DNA of 32,000 nt, taken from positions 136,013-168,012 of the forward strand of contig JAOUMY010000006.1 of assembly GCA_029881255.1 (NCBI GenBank). The letters run 5' to 3'. This document shows positions 1 to 7,880 of the stretch, piece after piece. Both the position numbers and the translations under genes were made by a program. Source of the stretch: Gammaproteobacteria bacterium. Lineage in GTDB: Bacteria > Pseudomonadota > Gammaproteobacteria > S012-40. The notes under the pieces are model-generated. The model had not been told where the DNA came from. It ran no database searches and worked only from the letters and a program-made list of their open reading frames with translations. How positions within the stretch are numbered: position 1 is the first letter of the stretch; every line of letters begins with the position of its first letter.

Positions 1-144
1 ATAGTAGTGTCGATTTATTTTTCCCTCCTTAAAAATTTCTCCCACCGCTGTAGTTAACTGAAAAAATGAACATTTTCTGAGGATTGGCTTAACCTGTCGG
101 AGCTGACAACCGATAAGACATGCTAGACTTTTCCACTCCAATCC

Positions 145-1464
145 GTGGCCAATAAAGGAAAAATCTTGTCAGATAAACGAGTTGCACTCCCTACACGCGA
201 AGTCCTTGGCTGGGCGATGTATGACTTTGCCAATTCAGGCTATGCGACCGTTGTTCTCACCGCGGTATACAGTACCTATTTTGTGGGTGTGATTGCAGCA
301 GACCTGGGAAATGGTGATGCCACTTTCTTGTGGACGATGAATATTGCCCTGGCCAATCTGCTGGTTTTAATCACCGCCCCATTAATAGGGGCCATAGCCG
401 ATCACAGCGCCTGTAAGAAGAGATTTCTTCTGATAACAACTAGCGGCTGCGTAATATTTACTGCCAGCCTCGCGCTCACCGGGGCGAATGACGTCATGAT
501 CGCGTCCATCCTCGTTGTTGCCGCTACGATCATGTTTCACAGCGGTGAAAACCTCATTGCTGCGTTTCTACCCGATATCAGTACGCCCGAAAATATGGGA
601 AGAACCTCAGCCTTTGGCTGGACGGTAGGCTATCTCGGGGGACTACTGATACTCGGTATCTGTCTGGCTTACGTAACCCATGCACAGGCCCAGCAGGCCT
701 CAGCAGAATCCTATGTCCCGGTGACTATGTTAATAGTGGCAATCGCATTTGCCCTGGCAAGCATTCCCACCTTTCTATGGCTGAAAGAAACAAAGCAGGT
801 CCAAAACCACGCCGCCGGTCACGCCATACGCAGTGGTTTCCAAAGGCTATGGGTAACCTTTCAACATGCCCGCCACTATCGGGATCTATTTCGATTTCTG
901 GCCACCGTGTTTATCTACCACTGCGGCATACAAACCGTGGTTGTGCTCGCCGCTGTATACGCCCAGGAAGTCATGAAATTTTCCACTGCGGACAACATGG
1001 TGTTGATATTGGTCGTGAATGTCACTGCCGCCGCGGGTGCATTTCTTTTTGGACGAGTACAGGACGCTATTGGATCTCGTCCAACACTAATCTTCACCTT
1101 ATTGATTTGGATTGCCGCGCTGGTACTGGCGTTTTTTACTGAAAGTCGAGCCACGTTTTGGCTGGTTGGGAATCTCGTAGGATTAGCCCTGGGCGCTAGC
1201 CAAAGCGCTGGACGTGCCCTTGTTGGCATATTCTCTCCTCCCTCACGTAGCGGTGAATTTTTTGGGTTGTGGGGCCTGGCCACAAAATTGTCTGCCGTAG
1301 TTGGGCCGCTTGTATATGGACTGATCGCCAGTCTTAGCCACGGCAATCACCGCTATGCGTTACTTTCCACCGCAATATTTTTCATTGTGGGTATTGTTAC
1401 GCTACTCAGCGTAGACGAGACACGCGGTAAGATCGCCGCCCGAAGCAGTGATCTCGCGCAATAA
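145..1464 (+). CDS. MFS transporter, UMF1/Atg22-like family
   Basis: 439-aa ORF with a GTG start and about 12 hydrophobic spans in two halves. The N-terminal LGWAMYDFANSGY motif is typical of UMF1-type MFS permeases. Confidence 0.7.
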   Translation: MANKGKILSDKRVALPTREVLGWAMYDFANSGYATVVLTAVYSTYFVGVIAADLGNGDATFLWTMNIALANLLVLITAPLIGAIADHSACKKRFLLITTSGCVIFTASLALTGANDVMIASILVVAATIMFHSGENLIAAFLPDISTPENMGRTSAFGWTVGYLGGLLILGICLAYVTHAQAQQASAESYVPVTMLIVAIAFALASIPTFLWLKETKQVQNHAAGHAIRSGFQRLWVTFQHARHYRDLFRFLATVFIYHCGIQTVVVLAAVYAQEVMKFSTADNMVLILVVNVTAAAGAFLFGRVQDAIGSRPTLIFTLLIWIAALVLAFFTESRATFWLVGNLVGLALGASQSAGRALVGIFSPPSRSGEFFGLWGLATKLSAVVGPLVYGLIASLSHGNHRYALLSTAIFFIVGIVTLLSVDETRGKIAARSSDLAQ

Positions 1465-1527
1465 CATGCCTTGAGGCACTGATTGAGATACAATCCAAAA
1501 AATTCAGGTTTGGAACATCGGTCAACT

Positions 1528-2007
1528 ATGTTTAAAGCAGAAAAATCCCCCATGCAGGCCGCAATTGGAGACGCGCTGAAACACCTTAGTGATGAAGGGG
1601 GCGGTCCCTTCGGTGCATGTATTGTCAAAGATGGAAACATTCTTGCCGTCGCGCACAACACCGTACTGGCTGACAATGACCCAACGTGTCACGCGGAGGT
1701 GAACGCGATACGTATGGCAGCAAAAAAACTGGGCGATTATGATTTGAGTGGATGTGCCATTTATTCCACCACTGAACCCTGCCCCATGTGTTTCAGCGCA
1801 ATCCACTGGGCACGTATCGATACTATTGTTTATGGCACTACCATTCAGGATGTGCAAAATCTTGGCTTTAACGAGTTATCCGTATCCAATCATGAAATGA
1901 AAACACGTGGTGGCAGTAGCGTGGAAATTCATGCGGATTTTATGCGTGATGAATGTCTGGAACTACTCCAGCAGTGGTCGCAGAATACCCGTGGTCAGAC
2001 GTATTAA
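1528..2007 (+). CDS. guaD: guanine deaminase (CDA-fold, Bacillus GuaD type) / nucleoside deaminase
   Basis: Zinc motifs HAEVNAI and PCPMC are present. The string GGPFGACIVKDG...DPTCHAEVNAIR...EPCPMCFSAIHWAR parallels GuaD-type guanine deaminases. The track ORF starts at TTG 1483, but ATG 1528 gives the usual ~159 aa. Confidence 0.65.
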   Translation: MFKAEKSPMQAAIGDALKHLSDEGGGPFGACIVKDGNILAVAHNTVLADNDPTCHAEVNAIRMAAKKLGDYDLSGCAIYSTTEPCPMCFSAIHWARIDTIVYGTTIQDVQNLGFNELSVSNHEMKTRGGSSVEIHADFMRDECLELLQQWSQNTRGQTY

Positions 2008-2606
2008 TGCCTATTGATACACCTTTGCCGGTGTCGGCGATCATACTCGCAGGAGGTAAAGCAAGACGCCTGGGAAATTGCCAAAAGGCTTTGTTGAAAC
2101 TTAACGGAAAACCGCTGCTGCAATATGTCATCGATAGACTGCAACCCCAGGTTCAACAAATTGTGATCAGCGCAAATGTTGAACTCGATCAGTATCGGGC
2201 CTTTGGATTAGCTGTTTACCCTGACAAACTTGGGGAAGACCAAGGGCCGCTTTCCGGCATCGCAAGTTGTATTGAGCATTTGCAACATGACACAGTCGTT
2301 GTTGTTCCCTGTGATACGCCATTTCTGCCCATTGATCTCGTTTCACGTATGTCATCCCAAAACCATTCTGGTTTCTGTATCGCGTTTGACGGTCGGCGCG
2401 AACAAGTGTTGACCATGTTGTTCAGGCGCAAGCTCGCCACGAAACTCGGTGAAAGCGTAGTCGCCGGACAGCGTAAAGTGATGGAATGGGTACATAGGCA
2501 ACAACCCACGCTGGTGGACTTCAGTGACAAACCTGATGCATTTTTCAATATCAATACCCCTGAAGATTTAGCGACCGCACGGCAGGAGTTGTCTCGTGTT
2601 GAGTAA
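2007..2606 (+). CDS. mobA: molybdenum cofactor guanylyltransferase MobA
   Basis: Motifs AIILAGGKARRLG, VVPCDTPF and AFFNINTPEDL. ATG 2007 overlaps the guaD stop (TAATG). The track start at 1953 is an over-extension into the upstream gene. Confidence 0.85.
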   Translation: MPIDTPLPVSAIILAGGKARRLGNCQKALLKLNGKPLLQYVIDRLQPQVQQIVISANVELDQYRAFGLAVYPDKLGEDQGPLSGIASCIEHLQHDTVVVVPCDTPFLPIDLVSRMSSQNHSGFCIAFDGRREQVLTMLFRRKLATKLGESVVAGQRKVMEWVHRQQPTLVDFSDKPDAFFNINTPEDLATARQELSRVE

Positions 2607-3135
2607 CGCAAAAATTCCTATCTGCGGTTTTGTCGCATTTAGTGGAACTGGCAAAACGACATTACTCGAAAAAATTATTCCCCAACTCGGACAACAAGGT
2701 GTGCGTATTGGCGTAATCAAACATGCCCACCATCAGTTCGATATCGATAAAGAGGGCAAGGACAGTTATCGTCTGCGTCAGGCAGGGGCCAAAGAAACCC
2801 TGGTGGCGTCTTCAAACCGTTGGGCGTTGGTACACGAACATTTCCATAATCAAAGCGATCCCGATCTTGATCAATTGTTATTACACCTTTCACAGGACGA
2901 ACTTGATCTAATTCTTGTAGAGGGTTTTAAACACGTTCCATTCCCCCGAATCGAACTGCATCGCCCTTCCCTGGGAAAACCACTCTTATTTCCCGAAGAC
3001 GACACGATAATTGCGGTGGCCAGTGACGACACCATCGCCATTGAGACCCCGTTACCCATACTCGATTTGAACAATCCGGAAATAATTGCCGAATTTGTTT
3101 GCAACCAATTCTTAAAATTGAAGGAGAGCCCGTAA
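2596..3135 (+). CDS. mobB: molybdopterin-guanine dinucleotide biosynthesis adapter protein MobB
   Basis: P-loop GFSGTGKTT plus IKHAHH, GKDSYRLRQAGA and LILVEGFK, all near-canonical MobB strings. The GTG start overlaps the mobA 3' end by 11 nt. Confidence 0.85.
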   Translation: MLSNAKIPICGFVAFSGTGKTTLLEKIIPQLGQQGVRIGVIKHAHHQFDIDKEGKDSYRLRQAGAKETLVASSNRWALVHEHFHNQSDPDLDQLLLHLSQDELDLILVEGFKHVPFPRIELHRPSLGKPLLFPEDDTIIAVASDDTIAIETPLPILDLNNPEIIAEFVCNQFLKLKESP

Positions 3136-4388
3136 TGGACAAACAACCTTCTTGCGCGGATGAGTATGACCCAAGCTCATTGGATGCCGACCTGGCCTTG
3201 CAACGCATACTTGATCGTATTCGTCCATTGGAGGGCCATGTCAGATTGTTTTTGCGTGAATCACTTGGGCGTGTACTCGATCAAGATGTGCTTTCCCCAA
3301 TCAACGTGCCCGCCTATACCAACTCGGCCATGGACGGATACGCGATACGCTCGCAAGATCTGCAAGGCAACGACGGCACATCGCTAAAAGTTGTTGGCAA
3401 GGCCTTCGCCGGTCACCCTTTTGAAGGAGCGATCGGCTCCGGTGAATGTATTCGTATCATGACTGGGGCACCTGTGCCCAGTGGCGCTGATTCAGTCGTC
3501 ATGCAAGAGCATGCGCAGGTCAATGGAGATTTCATCAATGTGAGCGACGTGCTTCGTGCAGGGGAGAACGTTCGACATGCAGGTGAAGACCTTTCGATGG
3601 GACAACCTGCCTTGCTCAGCGGTACGCTACTACGCCCCGCCGACATCGGTTTGCTTGCATCACTGGGGATCGCTGAGGTACGGGTAAAACGCAAAGTACG
3701 TGTCGCCTTTTTTTCGACCGGTGATGAACTCAAGTCGATTGGTGAGCCGCTGGACAAGGGACAAATTTACGATAGCAATCGTTATACGTTATTCGGCATG
3801 CTCTATCGGCTCGGCGTCGAGATGATCGATATGGGAATCATTCCTGATAACAAAGCAGAGATTCGTAGCGCCTATGAGATCGCATCGAAAAATGCCGATG
3901 CGGTAATCACCAGCGGGGGCGTATCTGTTGGTGAAGCGGACTTCGTCAAAATGCTACTCGAGGAAATGGGGGATGTTCATTTCTGGAAAATTGCGATGAA
4001 ACCAGGCAAACCACTCACCTTTGGTCAATTACAAGGTAGTTATTTTTTTGGTCTACCCGGTAATCCAGTCTCCGCTATGGTCACTTTCTATCAATTTGTT
4101 AAACCCGGTCTACTAAAGCTAATGGGGATACCTCCTAGCCCACCGCTAACTATCAAAGTACGCAGCTCTGAAAATCTGAAGAAAAGACCTGGTCGAAAGG
4201 ATTATCAACGAGGCATTTTGTTTCAAACTGCCCAGGGAGAGTGGCAGGTGAAAAGTACGGGAAATCAGGGTTCACATATACTCAACTCTATGAGCCTGGC
4301 GAATTGCTTTATCGTATTACCATTGGAATCAGGTGGTATCAAAGCGGGGGAATGGGTCGATATACAACCTTTTGAAGGTTTGGTCTGA
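3135..4388 (+). CDS. moeA: molybdopterin molybdenumtransferase MoeA
   Basis: MoeA motifs NSAMDGYA, MTGAPVP, FSTGDEL, SGGVSVGEADF and GLPGNPVSA. ATG 3135 overlaps the mobB stop (TAATG). The track start at 3099 is an over-extension. Confidence 0.9.
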   Translation: MDKQPSCADEYDPSSLDADLALQRILDRIRPLEGHVRLFLRESLGRVLDQDVLSPINVPAYTNSAMDGYAIRSQDLQGNDGTSLKVVGKAFAGHPFEGAIGSGECIRIMTGAPVPSGADSVVMQEHAQVNGDFINVSDVLRAGENVRHAGEDLSMGQPALLSGTLLRPADIGLLASLGIAEVRVKRKVRVAFFSTGDELKSIGEPLDKGQIYDSNRYTLFGMLYRLGVEMIDMGIIPDNKAEIRSAYEIASKNADAVITSGGVSVGEADFVKMLLEEMGDVHFWKIAMKPGKPLTFGQLQGSYFFGLPGNPVSAMVTFYQFVKPGLLKLMGIPPSPPLTIKVRSSENLKKRPGRKDYQRGILFQTAQGEWQVKSTGNQGSHILNSMSLANCFIVLPLESGGIKAGEWVDIQPFEGLV

Positions 4389-4406
4389 CTTTTTTCGCGT
4401 ATAAAT

Positions 4407-4433
4407 AAAAAGGCCGCTGATAGCGGCCTTTTT
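4407..4433. terminator. bidirectional rho-independent terminator between convergent moeA and the K/A-rich gene
   Basis: 8-bp stem AGGCCGCT (4411-4418), loop GAT, AGCGGCCT (4422-4429). It is flanked by an A-run upstream and a T-run downstream, so either strand reads hairpin plus U-tract. Confidence 0.8.
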
Positions 4434-4452
4434 ATATCCAAAAAAATCTGGA

Positions 4453-4941
4453 TTATGCTGCAGCAGCAATAGACGAAACGGTCGCCTTAGAAGCTTTACG
4501 ACGACGCGTAGTCTTCTTACGCTTGGACGCAGATTTCTTTTCCTTCTTCGCCCATGCAGCTTCCCATTTCTTCTCAAAAGCAGCCATAGCCTTCTTCTTG
4601 GCCGCTACTTTTGCTGCTTTGGCCTTCTTGGCCTTCATCAGTTCCTTACGCTTGGCAGCTGCCTCACGACGCTTGGCCGCAGCAGCACGCTTCTTAGCTA
4701 AAGCCGCCTTCTTCTTGACAGCAGCAGCTTTCTTCTTAGCAGAAGCCGCTTTCTTCTTAGCAGAAGCCGCAGCCTTCTTCTTTACAGAAGCTGCCTTCTT
4801 CTTTGCAGAAGCTGCTTTCTTAGAAGCTACCTTCTTAGAAGCCACCTTTTTAGAAGCTACCTTCTTCTTAGAAGCTACCTTCTTACGTGAAACCGCTTTT
4901 TTGGAAGCGGCCTTTTTCTTACCAGCTCTCTTCTTTGCCAT
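4453..4941 (-). CDS. Lys/Ala-rich histone H1-like (AlgP/Hc-like) nucleoid-associated protein
   Basis: 162 aa with 57 Lys and a comparable number of Ala, arranged as KKVAS / KKKAASA repeats. A strong SD (AAAAGGAG) lies 9 nt upstream of the ATG. The composition matches bacterial H1-like basic proteins. Confidence 0.6.
   Translation of the reverse strand: MAKKRAGKKKAASKKAVSRKKVASKKKVASKKVASKKVASKKAASAKKKAASVKKKAAASAKKKAASAKKKAAAVKKKAALAKKRAAAAKRREAAAKRKELMKAKKAKAAKVAAKKKAMAAFEKKWEAAWAKKEKKSASKRKKTTRRRKASKATVSSIAAAA
4657..4884 (-). repeat. in-frame tandem repeats inside the K/A-rich gene
   Basis: Three consecutive 15-nt units TTCTTAGAAGC(T/C)ACC at 4817-4861 and an 18-nt variant at 4862-4879. 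Degenerate ~24-27-nt GCAGAAGC(C/T)GC...TTCTTCTT units lie upstream of these. All unit lengths are multiples of 3. Confidence 0.8.
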
Positions 4942-4979
4942 ATCTACTTACTCCTTTTAGGGTCCCCAACGGTTGACAT

Positions 4980-5008
4980 ATAATCACAAAAAAAAGTTTA
5001 AGATGCAA
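4980..5008 (-). promoter_or_regulatory. candidate sigma70 promoter of the K/A-rich gene
   Basis: Minus strand reads TTGCAT (5008-5003), a 17-nt spacer, then GATTAT (4985-4980). This sits about 40 nt upstream of the ATG at 4941. Confidence 0.4.
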
Positions 5009-5377
5009 ACATCTTGAGTTAATTTTCGTCATAACTGCTAAATAGTTTAGTATTTTTTCTAGAATTTGCAGTTTTTTTTCAAAAAAAATGATTTTTTTTT
5101 CACTTTTTTTGAAAAACATGTCCTCCCACATCAAATTTTTCTCCATCAAGCCATCTCGCGTACAAAAAATCTTTCCCCTTTTGCCTGCTCAAACTCACCG
5201 ACACAAACTTTTTTGTGTCGCACTTTGCCCAAAGGAGAAGTCACTCTCAAACTTTTTTTAGTCTCGAGCTCGGCACTGTTGAAAGGATGCACAGAATACG
5301 AATTTGTTTACATTCTGGAAACACAATATGAGTTTTGAAGAGCTGTTTTTGGCTTTCGAAGTAACAATTCGATCACG

Positions 5378-7822
5378 CTATGCGCGTATACGGGCTTTTC
5401 TTAAGAATTGAACAGCTGGAAACAGCACAAGAAGGATCAAAAACGGGTCAATATTCTCGCCATTGCCCACGCTGCATCCACCAACCCCTGATCGCGACGT
5501 AGTGCGATCATACACAGAGATGGTCATTTCACCATAAAGCGCAACTGGCGACTCTGACGATGTACCTGAGAATCGAATTTTATGGTCCCCAGGTGGACCT
5601 GCATTACTCCAAGTTAAACGACGTGTCTCACTATCGAATGTAACACCTGGGGGGGCATATATCATCGACAGACTTCGAACACCCTGTCCATTAATCTGTC
5701 CCTGTATATTCGTCTCGACCACTCCACCGACTGTCACGTTGTAGTTAGGCGGTGTAATCCCAAGACCCGAAGCCATTTGATTATCGTCTTTAACGAAGAC
5801 CACCATCGTATCTTCCGCATAAGCACATGCGTTGTCGGATGCATGTAGCGTCAGTTCAAACAGCCCCGCAACTGGAAACTGGGCGGTTGAATTTACACTC
5901 CTGCTATCGGTGATAGTGACATCACTGAGCGTATTTGCATCCCACCAAAGAAGGCGAATGTCTCCATCTGGATCGTCTGCAAGGCCTTTAAGCGAAATCG
6001 TACTGCCTGCTTTTATCTCCATATCTGCTCCCGCGTTTACATTTGGCGCAGAATTGGGTTCATTTGCAGATAAGTGACAAACTCTCAGATCAAATTCGAT
6101 TGGCGTTTGGGCAACTTCGGCGCTTGGCTGCATATCAAATACGGCGATATGGAAATTCTCCGGCGTTGAAACGGGAAACCCCACGCGCTCCACCCCTGCA
6201 CCAGACGCTTTCACACGATCAGCCCCTCTAACGGTAAAATTTCCGTCGTTAACCGCATTATATTTCACGCTCGGTCGGTCATTTTTCGAGATTGCGAGGC
6301 CAATTTTTCCTTTTTGAGGCGGATAGGCAAGCTCAAATACGATACTGTCTGAATCAGTTCCCGAATTAGCTTGAAAATACTTCATCTCATCCTGCGGATT
6401 TTGTCTGAGTTGTGAGGAAATAAAGACACGCTCATTGAGTATGCCGGACTGCAAAGGAAGCCCTCGACGATAGTCAACGACCCCTCCCGCATACAATGCC
6501 GTCATATCCACATTAAGAGTAGTGGCCCGATGTCCACTAAAGATTGTTGCCTCGGCGGGAATCTCAACAGATGCACTTACGCCTTTATCAATTCGTGAAA
6601 TGAATCCGCTGGAGTTCACCGGCTTCAGAATTTCACCTTTGGAGGCAATATCTACCTCGATATTTGTAGCGCTTTCTCCGATATTTTCTATCAATAGCTC
6701 AATCACCCCGGTCTCTCCCGAGTCTGGAACACCGTTAACGCGCAGACTTTCCTGTTTCCATCTCCACGATTTGATCACCAACACAGGTTTGCGCTGATTG
6801 ATTGCCTGCATCGCCGTATACGCATGTAGATTTCCACCGCTCGCCAGGCGAGGGAAACTATCAGATACAGGACTGACGGTTGACATGATCAACGCACGCA
6901 TATCGACAGGCTGTAAATCCTCCACACCATCCAGCAAATCTACTGACTTTATTAGCGCGGCAACGCCACTGGTTACAGCTGTGGCTGCAGAGGTTCCCGA
7001 GATTGCGGAGTAGCTATCATTGTCGAGATCAATTGCAAAAATGTCTTCGCCAGGAGCCCCTATATCGACATGCGTGGCGCCATACTGCGACCAGGAAGTT
7101 AAACGCCCGCGTTGATCAACTGCTGCCACACTCAACATGTTCTGCATATCCAAATCTGCAGGGTACATGGGGAGAATGTCGTTACTGCTGTGAAAATTTC
7201 CGGCGGCTGCAATAAAGAGTGCATTGGCGTTGGCAAGCTGAGAAAGGTAACTCGCATCATGTAAGGGAAATGTGGCACCGCCATAACTCATATTGATGAT
7301 ATCCGCGCCATGACTCAGTGCATAATTGATTGCCTGTGCCTCAAGACTCGACGAATAAGAACAACCAATTCGCAAGGGCATAATTTTTACGTTCCAGGCG
7401 ATACCGCTCATGCCTTTGTTATTGTTGCCCACAGCACCAATTATTCCTGCCATCGCAGTACCGTGTGATGCCGGTGGGTTGCATCTATCTGCGGAGTCGG
7501 GTGAAGGATTGCTGTCTCCGTCTACAAAATCGAATCCTTCGACCAGATTACCCACCAGATCAGAATGGAAAATATCAATCGCGTCATCGATGACGGCGAC
7601 GATAATGGTTTCATCACCTGTAGAAACGTCCCAGGCCGCTTCCAATCCAATTTGAGACAATACGTCACGTTGATGGGTATATAGCGGGTCTCGAGGAATG
7701 AGCTGCGCCTGCGTGGAAAAAAGAGGATATTGTGGCTCAGACTGATGTAGTTGCGTAGAGGCTACGCTTGCGCACACGCAAATCAACGATGTGATTAACA
7801 GTTTCCGTCGCATGTCTCGCAT
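5378..7822 (-). CDS. secreted S8 subtilisin-like serine peptidase (paralogue B) with PKD-like and Ig-like domains and a C-terminal GGC-DP-hydrophobic-basic tail
   Basis: Signal peptide MRDMRRKLLITSLICVCASVAS. Catalytic triad contexts are AVIDDAID (Asp), HGTAMAG (His) and GTSAATAVTSG (Ser). It carries a NAGAD...DPDGD PKD-like repeat and an APPGVTFDSETRRLTWS putative Ig domain. The terminal 38 aa are RSGVGGCSVGNGENIDPFLILLVLFPAVQFLRKARIRA. Confidence 0.85.
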   Translation of the reverse strand: MRDMRRKLLITSLICVCASVASTQLHQSEPQYPLFSTQAQLIPRDPLYTHQRDVLSQIGLEAAWDVSTGDETIIVAVIDDAIDIFHSDLVGNLVEGFDFVDGDSNPSPDSADRCNPPASHGTAMAGIIGAVGNNNKGMSGIAWNVKIMPLRIGCSYSSSLEAQAINYALSHGADIINMSYGGATFPLHDASYLSQLANANALFIAAAGNFHSSNDILPMYPADLDMQNMLSVAAVDQRGRLTSWSQYGATHVDIGAPGEDIFAIDLDNDSYSAISGTSAATAVTSGVAALIKSVDLLDGVEDLQPVDMRALIMSTVSPVSDSFPRLASGGNLHAYTAMQAINQRKPVLVIKSWRWKQESLRVNGVPDSGETGVIELLIENIGESATNIEVDIASKGEILKPVNSSGFISRIDKGVSASVEIPAEATIFSGHRATTLNVDMTALYAGGVVDYRRGLPLQSGILNERVFISSQLRQNPQDEMKYFQANSGTDSDSIVFELAYPPQKGKIGLAISKNDRPSVKYNAVNDGNFTVRGADRVKASGAGVERVGFPVSTPENFHIAVFDMQPSAEVAQTPIEFDLRVCHLSANEPNSAPNVNAGADMEIKAGSTISLKGLADDPDGDIRLLWWDANTLSDVTITDSRSVNSTAQFPVAGLFELTLHASDNACAYAEDTMVVFVKDDNQMASGLGITPPNYNVTVGGVVETNIQGQINGQGVRSLSMIYAPPGVTFDSETRRLTWSNAGPPGDHKIRFSGTSSESPVALYGEMTISVYDRTTSRSGVGGCSVGNGENIDPFLILLVLFPAVQFLRKARIRA

Positions 7823-7880
7823 AATCTGACCAAGAATTTTCAGACGCAGTTTACTTGTTTGCGCCTGATCCAGGCCTTAA

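Noticed and set aside
915-1346. Numerous 60-200-aa antisense or out-of-frame ORFs inside long genes (for example 915-1346, 3413-3757, 8936-9256, 12308-12610, 16302-16646, 24116-24724, 29814-30188)
   Set aside because: Each lies wholly inside a well-supported CDS on the other strand or in another frame. Their composition is low-complexity or biased, and they lack start contexts.
1483-1527. N-terminal extensions suggested by the ORF track (1483, 1953, 3099, 11322, 25735, 31607)
   Set aside because: Each extension runs into the upstream gene or precedes the recognisable N-terminus (signal peptide, P-loop or family start). The internal ATGs at 1528, 2007, 3135, 11367, 25849 and 31640 give canonical lengths.
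4523-4960. 145-aa plus-strand ORF rich in Phe, Ala and Leu
   Set aside because: It is the antisense mirror of the Lys/Ala repeat gene, because AAG/GCN codons read backwards give CTT/NGC. It has no SD. The minus-strand gene has a strong SD, a promoter and a terminator.
4972-4983. TTGACATATAAT on the plus strand, a perfect -35 hexamer next to a perfect -10 hexamer
   Set aside because: The two hexamers are directly adjacent with a 0-nt spacer, so they cannot act as one sigma70 promoter. No plus-strand gene follows. The minus-strand reading gives the better-spaced promoter that I report.
5199-5220. 9-bp hairpin CGACACAAA-CTTT-TTTGTGTCG downstream of protease B
   Set aside because: It lies ~158 nt after the stop and has no U-tract on the minus strand. 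I did not call it a terminator. It may still be a processing or protein-binding site.
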